From: Nannocystales bacterium
Lineage (GTDB): Bacteria > Myxococcota_A > Polyangia > Nannocystales > Nannocystaceae
Assembly: GCA_050633305.1 (NCBI GenBank)
Contig: JBOEGF010000024.1
Location: 1-64,000, forward strand
DNA: 64,000 nucleotides
Reading direction: 5' to 3'
In this document: positions 18,669-27,330 of the stretch, piece by piece
How positions within the stretch are numbered: position 1 is the stretch's first letter
Layout: each line of letters starts with the position of its first letter
The notes under the pieces: model-generated
What the model saw: only the letters and a program-made list of their open reading frames with translations
Databases searched by the model: none
Told to the model about the DNA's origin: nothing
Made by a program: the position numbers and the translations under genes

Positions 18669-20471
18669 TCAGTAGCGGAGTTCCAGGCGGAACCAGCCCC
18701 CATAGATGGGATCTTCGCGGTCCTCGTTGCTGTCTCCCAGTGCCGCGCCCGGAAACAAAACCCCACCTTGTACGCCGGCTTGCAGCCAGAAGTTCCGAAA
18801 CCCGTAGTGGGTTCGCACGCCGAGATCCAACTCGGTGGCCAAGAACCGGGAGCGCACTTCGGCCTCGAACGCGTTGGTCGGAGCCCCGCCAGCGAGGCGA
18901 GCGGAGACCGGGTCGAGCATCTTCGAGGATGCGGCGGCGAGCAGCGGCCCTCCCCAAACTTCAAACCGTTCGGCGAAGGACCATCGAGCTTTGGGGTGCG
19001 CGAACACGACGTTGCCGACTCGACCTTCGCTGGCCAGATACTGTGTGCCCGCGGCCGGTTGCCCTGACAGCAGTGGATCTTGGGCACGCCTGGCCGAACG
19101 CGCGGTCTGCCAGCCGCGGACATACGGGAACAGGAGGAGTCCGGCAGTGTAGCCGGGGGCGGCGTCGAAGCTGTTTTGCTGGTTGTCGTCGGGGTCGTTG
19201 TCGCCGCTGAACCACCCCGCATCGAGACCCGCGAGCCATCCCACCGGGTCGCCGATGTATCCCCGAGCCGCCACGCCCCCTTGGAGCACGCGGTGCTGCT
19301 CGTGTTCCCCTCGCAAGAAGGTTGTTCGGCCCGTGATGAGGGCACCTTCAAACGCACCGAGCAGCGCGAGCTTGGGGTTCATGTAGCGATATCCACGACC
19401 CGCGAGATCCGCCACGACAACCTCTAGACGATCATCGCCCTGCGTCAGGTCACCGTCGTCTGCGCTCTTCTGCGCTCGATAAGCTACGTAGCCGCCCAAA
19501 TACGCCCCCGGGCTGCGGCGTGGCTCCCAGCGCACGAGCAGAATGCCCTGTCCTGCAAGGTCACCTTCGACGAGATTCGCGTTGGGGTCGCGGAAAACGA
19601 GATCTCCTCCGAGTCCGATGATGAGATCTCGGGCGGCGGTGTGGGTGCCTGCCAGCGGCTTGCTGGCGAACAGGATGCGTTCGACGATGCTGCCGTCTCC
19701 GTCGTTCCCAAACTTCATGTCGCCAAAGCGATCCATGTTGTTCCCGTCGTTGGACACCAGCCCCTGTCCCCAGCCAAACGCCATCTGGCCGAGCCGGAGC
19801 TGGCCGTACTTCGAGGTCCATTGGAGGTAGAGTTCCCTGGGGTCGATGACCCGCAGCTCGGCCGCGACCGGCGGTTGGCCGTGGTCGACAATGCCGCGGA
19901 GGGCGGGGTCGCTGAAGGACGTGGGTGCCCACCGACCGTTCGCGAGGTCGAGCATCCCCACGATGCGGACGCGTTCGTCCTTGCCCAGCCCCAGCTCTGG
20001 TTTCCAGCGGACGCGACCGCCGACGGTGAGTCCCTCGCCGACACGATTCCCCTCGGCGTCCACGCGGACCGGGCTCGCGGCGCCCAGACGGCTGCGGACT
20101 TGGAGACCCGGCCGGAACGTGACGGTTTCGCCCTGATGAACCGCCTGCTCTTCAGGCAAGGGTCCGTCGAACGTGATGAGAGTGCGCGGAGGTGCGAGCT
20201 TCCGCGCGACCGCATCGGCGCGCGGCGGGTAGCCTTGGACGTCGACGAAGCGTGTCGGTGGCAGGCTACCGTCGGCGTCCGAGCGCTCCGCCGTCGGTTG
20301 GACCGGGGCAGGGGGCTCGTCGTTGTGCTCTTGCGCCAGACCGGATTCGGCGCGGCGAACCGATCGCGGCCCTTGGTAGTCCCGGTCCAGCGGCTCGGAG
20401 ACCGCGACCTGCGCGTCTGCGTCGGCTCCAGGTGGGCTTGCAGGGGGCGCAAGCGCCAAAGCGAGCGACAT
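18669..20471 (-). CDS. Outer-membrane beta-barrel protein (alginate-export/porin-like)
   Basis: Signal-like N-terminus, RELYLQW...GQLRLGQM.FGWGQGL motif, C-terminal strand WFRLELRY. Start uncertain. Confidence 0.7.
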   Translation of the reverse strand: MSLALALAPPASPPGADADAQVAVSEPLDRDYQGPRSVRRAESGLAQEHNDEPPAPVQPTAERSDADGSLPPTRFVDVQGYPPRADAVARKLAPPRTLITFDGPLPEEQAVHQGETVTFRPGLQVRSRLGAASPVRVDAEGNRVGEGLTVGGRVRWKPELGLGKDERVRIVGMLDLANGRWAPTSFSDPALRGIVDHGQPPVAAELRVIDPRELYLQWTSKYGQLRLGQMAFGWGQGLVSNDGNNMDRFGDMKFGNDGDGSIVERILFASKPLAGTHTAARDLIIGLGGDLVFRDPNANLVEGDLAGQGILLVRWEPRRSPGAYLGGYVAYRAQKSADDGDLTQGDDRLEVVVADLAGRGYRYMNPKLALLGAFEGALITGRTTFLRGEHEQHRVLQGGVAARGYIGDPVGWLAGLDAGWFSGDNDPDDNQQNSFDAAPGYTAGLLLFPYVRGWQTARSARRAQDPLLSGQPAAGTQYLASEGRVGNVVFAHPKARWSFAERFEVWGGPLLAAASSKMLDPVSARLAGGAPTNAFEAEVRSRFLATELDLGVRTHYGFRNFWLQAGVQGGVLFPGAALGDSNEDREDPIYGGWFRLELRY

Positions 20472-20575
20472 GCACAGCGATACGGCCACGGCCGGGGACG
20501 CTACCAGCTCGCCCGCTGCATCGACGCCTGGCCCCGCTTTTTTGTCCGGACCCGCCAGCCTGTATAGTTCCCGGC

Positions 20576-21562
20576 ATGTCTCGAGCCTCCTTGACCCTTC
20601 TCGTTTCCTTGTCGCTTGGCCTTGGTTTGACCGCGTGTGGTGATGACTCCAGCCCCGGAGGCGGCGAGACCGACACCGATGCTGCGACCGGCGATACGAC
20701 CGGGGGCCCCACCTCGGATGGACCGACCTCGGATGGACCGACCACAGTGACGCCGACCGGCTCGACGGGGACAACGGACGCCACGGACCCCGACACTGGA
20801 AGCGAGACGACCGACCCCACCGTCGGTGAGACCGAAGGGGACACGGAGACGACCGGGCCGTCGGCGGATGCAACGTACATTCGAATCGACGCGCTTGCCG
20901 TCCGTGACCCTCACGTGTTCAGCCCGCTCCCCCCCAACGATGACCTCACGGAGTCGACGGTGAACGGACCGCTCACGGCCGCCCTGAATGCGGACGACGA
21001 TGACGACGGGAACTTGGACCTCGGTCTCGCCGTTGCATTCCTTCCCCTCGACCAGACCGACGCTGCGACAGAAGTCTTCCGCTTCGCCAACGCGGTGTGC
21101 ACGGCGCCGGCCGACGCGTCGAGCTGCTCGCTGCTCGCGGACACGATCCCGTTTGATGGCATGTACACCGTCACCGAAGACGGCGAGTGCTACGCCGCGG
21201 AGGCCGGAAACCTGAGCGACTACGCTGACCCGCCGGAAGCCCCGACGTCGACTGCCGGTCCATGCTTCCGCTCGGATATCGGTACGGTGACGATCGCTGC
21301 GGGGTCATTCACACTTCCGCTCGAGAACGCGGTTGTTGCGGCTCAGTTCTCCGGTGACCCCGCAGACGGGCTTGTCGAAGGCAATATCCAAGGCTTCGTC
21401 AGTATCGCGACCGCAGAGAGCATTCAGGTTGAGACAGGGATGGCGTTCCCCCCCACGATCCAGCTCTCCGCGTTGTTGCGAGAAGAAGACCAGGACGAGG
21501 GCGGGACCGGGTGGGTCTTCCACATCGCCTTCAGCGGCACCGCTGCTGACTGGACCGAGTAG
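20576..21562 (+). CDS. Lipoprotein with Thr/Gly-rich linker
   Basis: LGLTAC lipobox, T/D/G low-complexity linker, Cys-containing globular domain. Confidence 0.8.
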   Translation: MSRASLTLLVSLSLGLGLTACGDDSSPGGGETDTDAATGDTTGGPTSDGPTSDGPTTVTPTGSTGTTDATDPDTGSETTDPTVGETEGDTETTGPSADATYIRIDALAVRDPHVFSPLPPNDDLTESTVNGPLTAALNADDDDDGNLDLGLAVAFLPLDQTDAATEVFRFANAVCTAPADASSCSLLADTIPFDGMYTVTEDGECYAAEAGNLSDYADPPEAPTSTAGPCFRSDIGTVTIAAGSFTLPLENAVVAAQFSGDPADGLVEGNIQGFVSIATAESIQVETGMAFPPTIQLSALLREEDQDEGGTGWVFHIAFSGTAADWTE

Positions 21563-21629
21563 CCCACGACAATAGTCTGAGGTGACGCTTGCGGGCCGTC
21601 GGCAGCTACCGTCGGCCCGTCGTTGTTCC

Positions 21630-23177
21630 TCATAGGCTGACGCGGGCGATCCATGTATCGCCCGAGAAACTGAGGAAGTCGGTGTCATTGTTGGCCAGGC
21701 CGTAGGCGAACACCGAGGTTCCGTCGACCTCTACGTCGAGGGCCGCCGAGTCGACGCCGCCGTTGAAGAACTGGCGTTGGTCCCAGACGATGGATCCATC
21801 GGCGTCGAGTCGGGTGACGAACGCGCGGCCTGTTCCGTAGTCTCCGCTCGCGCCGGAGAGCACGAGGCCACCAGTGCCGTCGGCCCGCGCACCCGAGATG
21901 TACTGGGTAGCATCTTCGGCGAGCGCAGCGACACTCGTCGCCATCCCGTCCGGTTGGATACGGAAGACCTCATACCCAGTGTCGGGCAGACCCACGACCG
22001 CGAAGGCTCCGCCGTTCTGCGTCGCGGCGAGCAGGGCGGGCTGGCTGATCGGAAGGCCGGTTGTCCAGTCTGATTGCCCGTCGGACCCGTAGCGCCGCAC
22101 GCAGTAGCTTGTATCGGTCGCGCAGTCTTCATTCGCGTCGCCGAACGAGACAAACGTGTTCGCCCCATACTCGGCTAGGTCTGCGATGAAGCTGACGTTC
22201 GCGAGCCAAGCCCGCTTGGAGAGCCCCGAATCGTACGCCGCGAGTTGCTGGAGCGAGTCGTTGATGACCACTCGGCCAGCCGATCTTCCCACCCGTCCGA
22301 AGCTGAATAGATCTGCTGTGTTGCTGGCATCGGTCTCGACGACGAGGGTGTCGGTCGTCTCGCCGGTCTCGGGGGAGAGCGATCGGTAGACGAGGGTCAA
22401 CGCATCGCCGTCTGTCCCCCCAACGATGAGGGCACCGTCGACAGTCACAGGCCGTCCTGGGGTTTGTTCCGGGTAGAGTTGCGTCCATAGCTGGCTGAGG
22501 TCGTCGTTGAACCCCATCACCCTGCTATTTCCGCCTCCCTCGACGATTCCGTTCAGGTACACCCGCCCTTCCATGGCGGCGTCCAGCCCGCCGTTGACGA
22601 AGGTGAGGCCATCACTTCCACGGAAGAGGTCTTCCCGAAGGAACTCGACAACGCCCCCGACGATGTTCACCGAAAGTACGACCTCCTCCGGCGTCGAGGT
22701 CTGCCCAGCGGTGTCCGTGGCGATGGCCCGATACGTGTGACTCCCAGAGTCTGCGCTGGAGACGAGGAACTCGAACTCGAAGGGGGCGGAGTCAACCACT
22801 CCAAGTGACGTCTCACCGTCGAAGAACTCGACACCTTCGACCCCGACGTCGTCGGTCGCTTCCACCGCCAGCGAGACCGTGCCACCTTCGTCGACTTCGG
22901 CTGGGCGGGTGGATCCATTGACGGTGAATGACTCGATGACGGGCGCGGCGTCATTGGGGTCGGTCGTATTGCTCTGCGTTTCGCCGACCGTGGTGTCCGG
23001 GTCGACCGTCGTCTCAGTGCCGCTGCCGCTGGTGGAGGACTCGGAGCCTGGGCCCGAGCTATCGAGCCCACCACTCTCCTCGGTGTCCGAACCCTCCGCG
23101 TTCGCGTTGGGGTCGACCTCGGGCGAGAAGCAGGCGGTCAGCACAGATGCGACGAGAACGAGCGGGCTGCTTCGCAT
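21630..23177 (-). CDS. Lipoprotein with Ig-like (Big) domain and beta-propeller
   Basis: VLTAC lipobox. ATDDVGVEGVEFFDG...APF...GSHTYRAIATDTAG is an Ig-like signature. C-terminal blades follow. Confidence 0.8.
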   Translation of the reverse strand: MRSSPLVLVASVLTACFSPEVDPNANAEGSDTEESGGLDSSGPGSESSTSGSGTETTVDPDTTVGETQSNTTDPNDAAPVIESFTVNGSTRPAEVDEGGTVSLAVEATDDVGVEGVEFFDGETSLGVVDSAPFEFEFLVSSADSGSHTYRAIATDTAGQTSTPEEVVLSVNIVGGVVEFLREDLFRGSDGLTFVNGGLDAAMEGRVYLNGIVEGGGNSRVMGFNDDLSQLWTQLYPEQTPGRPVTVDGALIVGGTDGDALTLVYRSLSPETGETTDTLVVETDASNTADLFSFGRVGRSAGRVVINDSLQQLAAYDSGLSKRAWLANVSFIADLAEYGANTFVSFGDANEDCATDTSYCVRRYGSDGQSDWTTGLPISQPALLAATQNGGAFAVVGLPDTGYEVFRIQPDGMATSVAALAEDATQYISGARADGTGGLVLSGASGDYGTGRAFVTRLDADGSIVWDQRQFFNGGVDSAALDVEVDGTSVFAYGLANNDTDFLSFSGDTWIARVSL

Positions 23178-23664
23178 GCACGTAGCGTTGTGTATTCGCA
23201 TCGACGCGTCAATCGTGACCTCGGGACGCGGACAGGTGTCCTGGATCCCGGCTTTCGGAAAACCAGCGGAGGAACGTCGTCCCTGAGGCTGTCCTACGCC
23301 ACTGATGCGGCTTGCTTCCGACGCTCCGCCTGCGGAACATGGCTTTACCGACGATGAGCGAGTCGTGTCCGCTGGTCGAGTGGCGGACTCGGCTTAGCGG
23401 TGACCAGCCGCAGTTCAAGGGCAAGGCCGACAAGAGCACGACCTGGCTGCCGCTCGTCGATGACGACTGCTTGACATGCTGGAGAACTGCGCGCTCGGAA
23501 ACGAATGCAAGGAAACACCATCCTTGGCCCCGCCTTCGCTCCCGCCAGAAGGGCTGCCAGAACACCTCGATGGGATCAGGGGCGACGACGCTAAAGAGAG
23601 TCTTGTTCGGACGCCGTGGTAGACCTCGGTGCCATCTCGCACGCCGAAGCAGCGCAACCCTCGC

Positions 23665-24711
23665 TCAGTTGCAGCACAAGGTCGTAGGCTCGGCGCCGCC
23701 AACATCCCCGTCGGCTTCGGGCACGGTGGGTGTGCACGAGCCGGTGATCGTCGGCGCGGCGAACTCGAACGAATTCCAGGACCCGACGCAGCCTCCCGTG
23801 TCGACCGTGCCGCTCGCGGTCTCGCACGCGCCATCGGAGTACAGCTGGAGCGTGGAGGTGCACTCGAACGCGCCCTCGGGGGCGCAGTTGCAGTCGGTGC
23901 ATCCGCGGGAATCGGTGATGCTGGCGAAGGTGAGCTCTTGCTCGGGGTAGGCGGGGGGGCAGGCGTGGACGCCGGAGCGCGCGACGCAGAGGCGTTGCTC
24001 GAATGCGCCCGGGACGGCGGCGATGCACTGCTCTCCGGCGCCGCACTGGGCCTGCTCGAAGGTGCCGCCGCACATCCGAATCGGTGTGCTGGTGGGGGGC
24101 GGCACGTCGACGGTCGGGGAGGGAGGGCAGCTCTCGGTGCCGTCGATCGGGGTGAAGAAGGGGTTGGTGGAGTTCTGCGCTGGCGTGTTGTCGTGGCAGG
24201 TGCCGGGGTCGGAGAAGGTCTCCGCGAAGACAGGCTGACCGCAGGACTGGCGGTAGAGCAGGGTGAGGTCGCCGCAGTCCATGTCGGCTGCCCCGCAGCT
24301 ACAGCCGCAGGTCGCGGGGTCGCCCGCGAGGTCGACGAGCCCGTCGAGCTGCGAGCCCGTGAAGGCGCCAACACAGTCGGGAAGCTCGTCTCCTCGGGCG
24401 ACCACGACCGGGCCCGTCCAGTTGTTCGGGGCCGCGATGGCGCACGTGCACTGTGGCGGCTCGTCTGTATCGCTGGTCGACGTCGAGTTGGTTGTGTCAA
24501 CCGGGTTGGTTGTGTCGAGCGGGTCGGTTGAACCCGTCGTGTCGCTGGCGGCGCCCGGTGATGTGGGGTCGGCGGTGCCGCTGGTTGCCGAGCTTCCCTG
24601 TGACGTCGACCCGCTCGAGCCGCTGCCGAGCTGGTTCTCACCACCGGGCGGATCGTTCGGATCGAAGCAGCTGGTCAAGACGATCGTCGTCAGCAGGATG
24701 CTCCAGCGCAT
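23665..24711 (-). CDS. Cys-rich lipoprotein
   Basis: VLTSC lipobox, Ser/Thr linker, many Cys (CGCSC, DSRGCTDCNC), C-terminal TLCC. Confidence 0.8.
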   Translation of the reverse strand: MRWSILLTTIVLTSCFDPNDPPGGENQLGSGSSGSTSQGSSATSGTADPTSPGAASDTTGSTDPLDTTNPVDTTNSTSTSDTDEPPQCTCAIAAPNNWTGPVVVARGDELPDCVGAFTGSQLDGLVDLAGDPATCGCSCGAADMDCGDLTLLYRQSCGQPVFAETFSDPGTCHDNTPAQNSTNPFFTPIDGTESCPPSPTVDVPPPTSTPIRMCGGTFEQAQCGAGEQCIAAVPGAFEQRLCVARSGVHACPPAYPEQELTFASITDSRGCTDCNCAPEGAFECTSTLQLYSDGACETASGTVDTGGCVGSWNSFEFAAPTITGSCTPTVPEADGDVGGAEPTTLCCN

Positions 24712-24797
24712 GTCCCAAGCATACCCTCGTGGGCTTGGGTGCCGCGACCCTCCACGCAGCACCGAATGGGATCGCGGGCCCGCCCGCCACTACGCAG

Positions 24798-25277
24798 TCA
24801 TACGCGCAGTGCTGCGTCGAGGTCGGCCGCGATCTCCTCGGGCGTGGTCTTGGGAGAGTAGCGCTTGACCACGGTGCCCTCTGCATCGACGAGGAACTTT
24901 GCGAAGTTCCAGCTGATGTCGGTCGCCCCGTCTTCACGCGGCGCCGCGGTGCGGAGGAACTGGTACAGCGGGGCTGCGCCGTCGCCATTGACGTCGATCT
25001 TGGCGAACATCGGGAAGTTCACATCGTATTTCGATTGGGCGAACTCGAGAATCTCGGCGTTGGTTCCGGGCTCTTGCTTGCCGAACTGGTTGCAGGGAAA
25101 CGCGAGGACGCTCAGGTCGGTGCGGCTCTCGTGCAGCGTACGCAGACCTGCGTACTGACCGGTGAGGCCTCAGCGACTCGCGACGTTGACGATGAGGGCG
25201 GCCTTGCCGGCGAACTCGCTGAAACTCACCAAGTCTCCGGTGATCGATGCCATCTCGAAATCGTGGAACGTTGACAT
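24798..25277 (-). CDS. gpx: Selenocysteine-containing glutathione peroxidase (Sec36)
   Basis: The frame reads MSTFHDF...LIVNVASR-TGA-GLTGQY...LAFPCNQFGKQEPG...ISWNFAKFLVD (159 aa). TGA 25172-25170 occupies the catalytic position. Confidence 0.93.
25134..25157 (-). promoter_or_regulatory. Bacterial SECIS element
   Basis: Hairpin GTACGCAG-GT-CTGCGTAC just 3' of the TGA. It contains GCAGGTCTGC, the apical sequence of the E. coli fdhF SECIS. Confidence 0.85.
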
Positions 25278-25348
25278 ATGCCCGCACGGTACCTCGGGGT
25301 CCCGAAAGGGTCGTCAGATGGAGTCTAGCGGCGTGCTAGCGTGGCCAA

Positions 25349-27121
25349 ATGGCCGAGTCTGCGACCGAAACCGTCGACAAGATGCCCGTGGGTTCCCGCG
25401 TTCGGCGCCTGCTCGGGTACGCGTGGCCATACAGGGTGCGTCTCCTCGTTGCCCTGGTCTGTCTCATGATCGGAAGTGGTCTGGGGCTTCTGTACCCCGC
25501 GTACTTCGGCGACGTCATCGACGCGGCGTTCAAGGATAAGGACGTCACCGCGCTGTCTCAGCACAGCCTCACGTTGGTGGCGATCTTCGCGATCCAGGCC
25601 GTGTTCGTGTTCTTCCGGCACTACATGGTGTCGTGGGTCGGTGAACGGGTGGTCGCCGATCTCCGGGTACAGCTGTACCGCCACCTCGTGACGCTGTCGC
25701 AAACGTACTTCCACGAGAAGCGCACCGGTGAGCTGCTCTCGAGACTCGCCGAGGATGTCGGCAAGGTGCACGGCACCGTTAGCTCCGACGTCTCGATGGC
25801 CGCGCGCAATGCCCTGACGCTCGTCGGGGGGATCTCGATCCTGCTCTACACGAACCTGCAGCTGACGCTGGTGATGCTGGCCGTCGTGCCGCCGCTTGCG
25901 ATCGCTACGGTGTTCTTCGGTCGGAAGATTCGCTTGCTCGCGCGGAAGGCCCAAGACGAACTCGCACAGGCCAATGCCGAGTTGGGCGAGGGCATCGCGG
26001 GAATCGAAACGGTGCAGGCGTTCACACGCGAGGACTTCGAGGTCGAGCGCTACGGGCAGTCCGTGGCTCGCAGCTTTGAGCTGTTCATCAAGCGGGTCCT
26101 CGCAGGCGCCTGGTTCATGAGCCTGAGCAGCTTCCTCGCGTTCTCTGCCATCGCAGGGATCTTCTTCCTGGGCGGGCGCATGGTTGCGACGGACGCAATC
26201 TCGCCCGGCGACCTGACCGAGTTCATGCTCTACACGATGATGGTCGCCGGCTCGGTCGGCGCGGTCGCAGGGATTTGGGCCCGCTTGCAAGCGGCGTTGG
26301 GCGCGAGCGCGCGATTGTTCGAGATTCTCGACACCCAGTCCGACCTCGTGGAGTCCGAGACCCCGACGTCTCTGGAGAAGATCGAGGGGCACGTGCTCTT
26401 CGACGAAGTCAGCTTCACCTACGGCGACCGAGACGCGGCCGTCCTCGAGGGCGTCTCGCTCCAGATCGAGCCTGGGGAGACGTGCGCGCTGGTGGGCAGC
26501 AGTGGGTCAGGTAAGACCACCATCGCTCGATTGCTGCAACGCATGTACGACCCGACGCAGGGGGCGGTGACCCTCGACGGCATCAACGTGCGGGACGTCG
26601 CCCTGGAAGAACTCCGCGGCCTCATGGCGGTGGTCTCCCAAGAGCCGATCCTTTTTTCCGGCACGATCCGCGACAACATCCGCTATGGCGATCTCACCGC
26701 GTCGGACGCGGACATCGAGCGGGCAGCCTCGATGGCAAACGCGGATGGGTTCATTCGAGAGTTCCCCGAGGGCTACGACACCAAGGTCGGCGAGCGGGGT
26801 GTTCAGCTCTCCGGCGGACAGCGCCAGCGGGTGTCGATTGCGCGCGCCATTCTTCGGGACCCCAAGGTGCTCATCCTCGACGAGGCGACCAGCGCTTTGG
26901 ATGCGATGAGCGAGGGCCTCGTTCAGGAGGCGCTCGAGAAGCTCCAGGCCGGCCGCACCACCTTGGTGATCGCACACCGCCTCTCCACCGTTCGCGACGC
27001 CGACCGGATCGTGGTGCTCGACCGGGGCCGCATCGTCGAGGCGGGCACCCACAGCGCGCTGATGGAGAACAAAGGCGCGTACAGCGAGCTTGTGGCCCGC
27101 CAATCCGACGCGGCGGCCTAG
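25349..27121 (+). CDS. ABC exporter, fused permease/ATPase (MsbA-like)
   Basis: TM domain plus Walker A GSSGSGKT, signature LSGGQRQR, Walker B LILDEATSALD, IAHRLST. Confidence 0.95.
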   Translation: MAESATETVDKMPVGSRVRRLLGYAWPYRVRLLVALVCLMIGSGLGLLYPAYFGDVIDAAFKDKDVTALSQHSLTLVAIFAIQAVFVFFRHYMVSWVGERVVADLRVQLYRHLVTLSQTYFHEKRTGELLSRLAEDVGKVHGTVSSDVSMAARNALTLVGGISILLYTNLQLTLVMLAVVPPLAIATVFFGRKIRLLARKAQDELAQANAELGEGIAGIETVQAFTREDFEVERYGQSVARSFELFIKRVLAGAWFMSLSSFLAFSAIAGIFFLGGRMVATDAISPGDLTEFMLYTMMVAGSVGAVAGIWARLQAALGASARLFEILDTQSDLVESETPTSLEKIEGHVLFDEVSFTYGDRDAAVLEGVSLQIEPGETCALVGSSGSGKTTIARLLQRMYDPTQGAVTLDGINVRDVALEELRGLMAVVSQEPILFSGTIRDNIRYGDLTASDADIERAASMANADGFIREFPEGYDTKVGERGVQLSGGQRQRVSIARAILRDPKVLILDEATSALDAMSEGLVQEALEKLQAGRTTLVIAHRLSTVRDADRIVVLDRGRIVEAGTHSALMENKGAYSELVARQSDAAA

Positions 27122-27284
27122 AGCGCCGACCGGTTTGAATTCGGCCTGCAACGCACGCCTCTGGTCACTTTTGGCTGCGTTGCTCGGCGCTCGACGGACC
27201 TCCAGTCCGCCTTCGGCCTCCCGCCTTGCCAAAAGCGCCCAACGACGCACTCTGCAGGCCGTTTCAAACCGATCGGCGCTCTAG
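27118..27284. mobile_element. MITE (~165 bp) with ~30-bp imperfect terminal inverted repeats, flanked by CTAG
   Basis: Left end TAGAGCGCCGACCGGTTTGAATTCGGCCTGCA, right end TGCAGGCCGTTTCAAACCGATCGGCGCTCTA. Sits at the TAG stop of the ABC gene. Confidence 0.8.
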
Positions 27285-27330
27285 AAAGCCGCGGGTTTGC
27301 GGCCGCCCAAGCCCGTGTTATGCCGCAACG

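Noticed and set aside
24798..25277. GPx as a nonsense pseudogene
   Set aside because: The stop falls exactly at the catalytic residue, is TGA, and is followed by a SECIS-like hairpin. The rest of the gene is intact.
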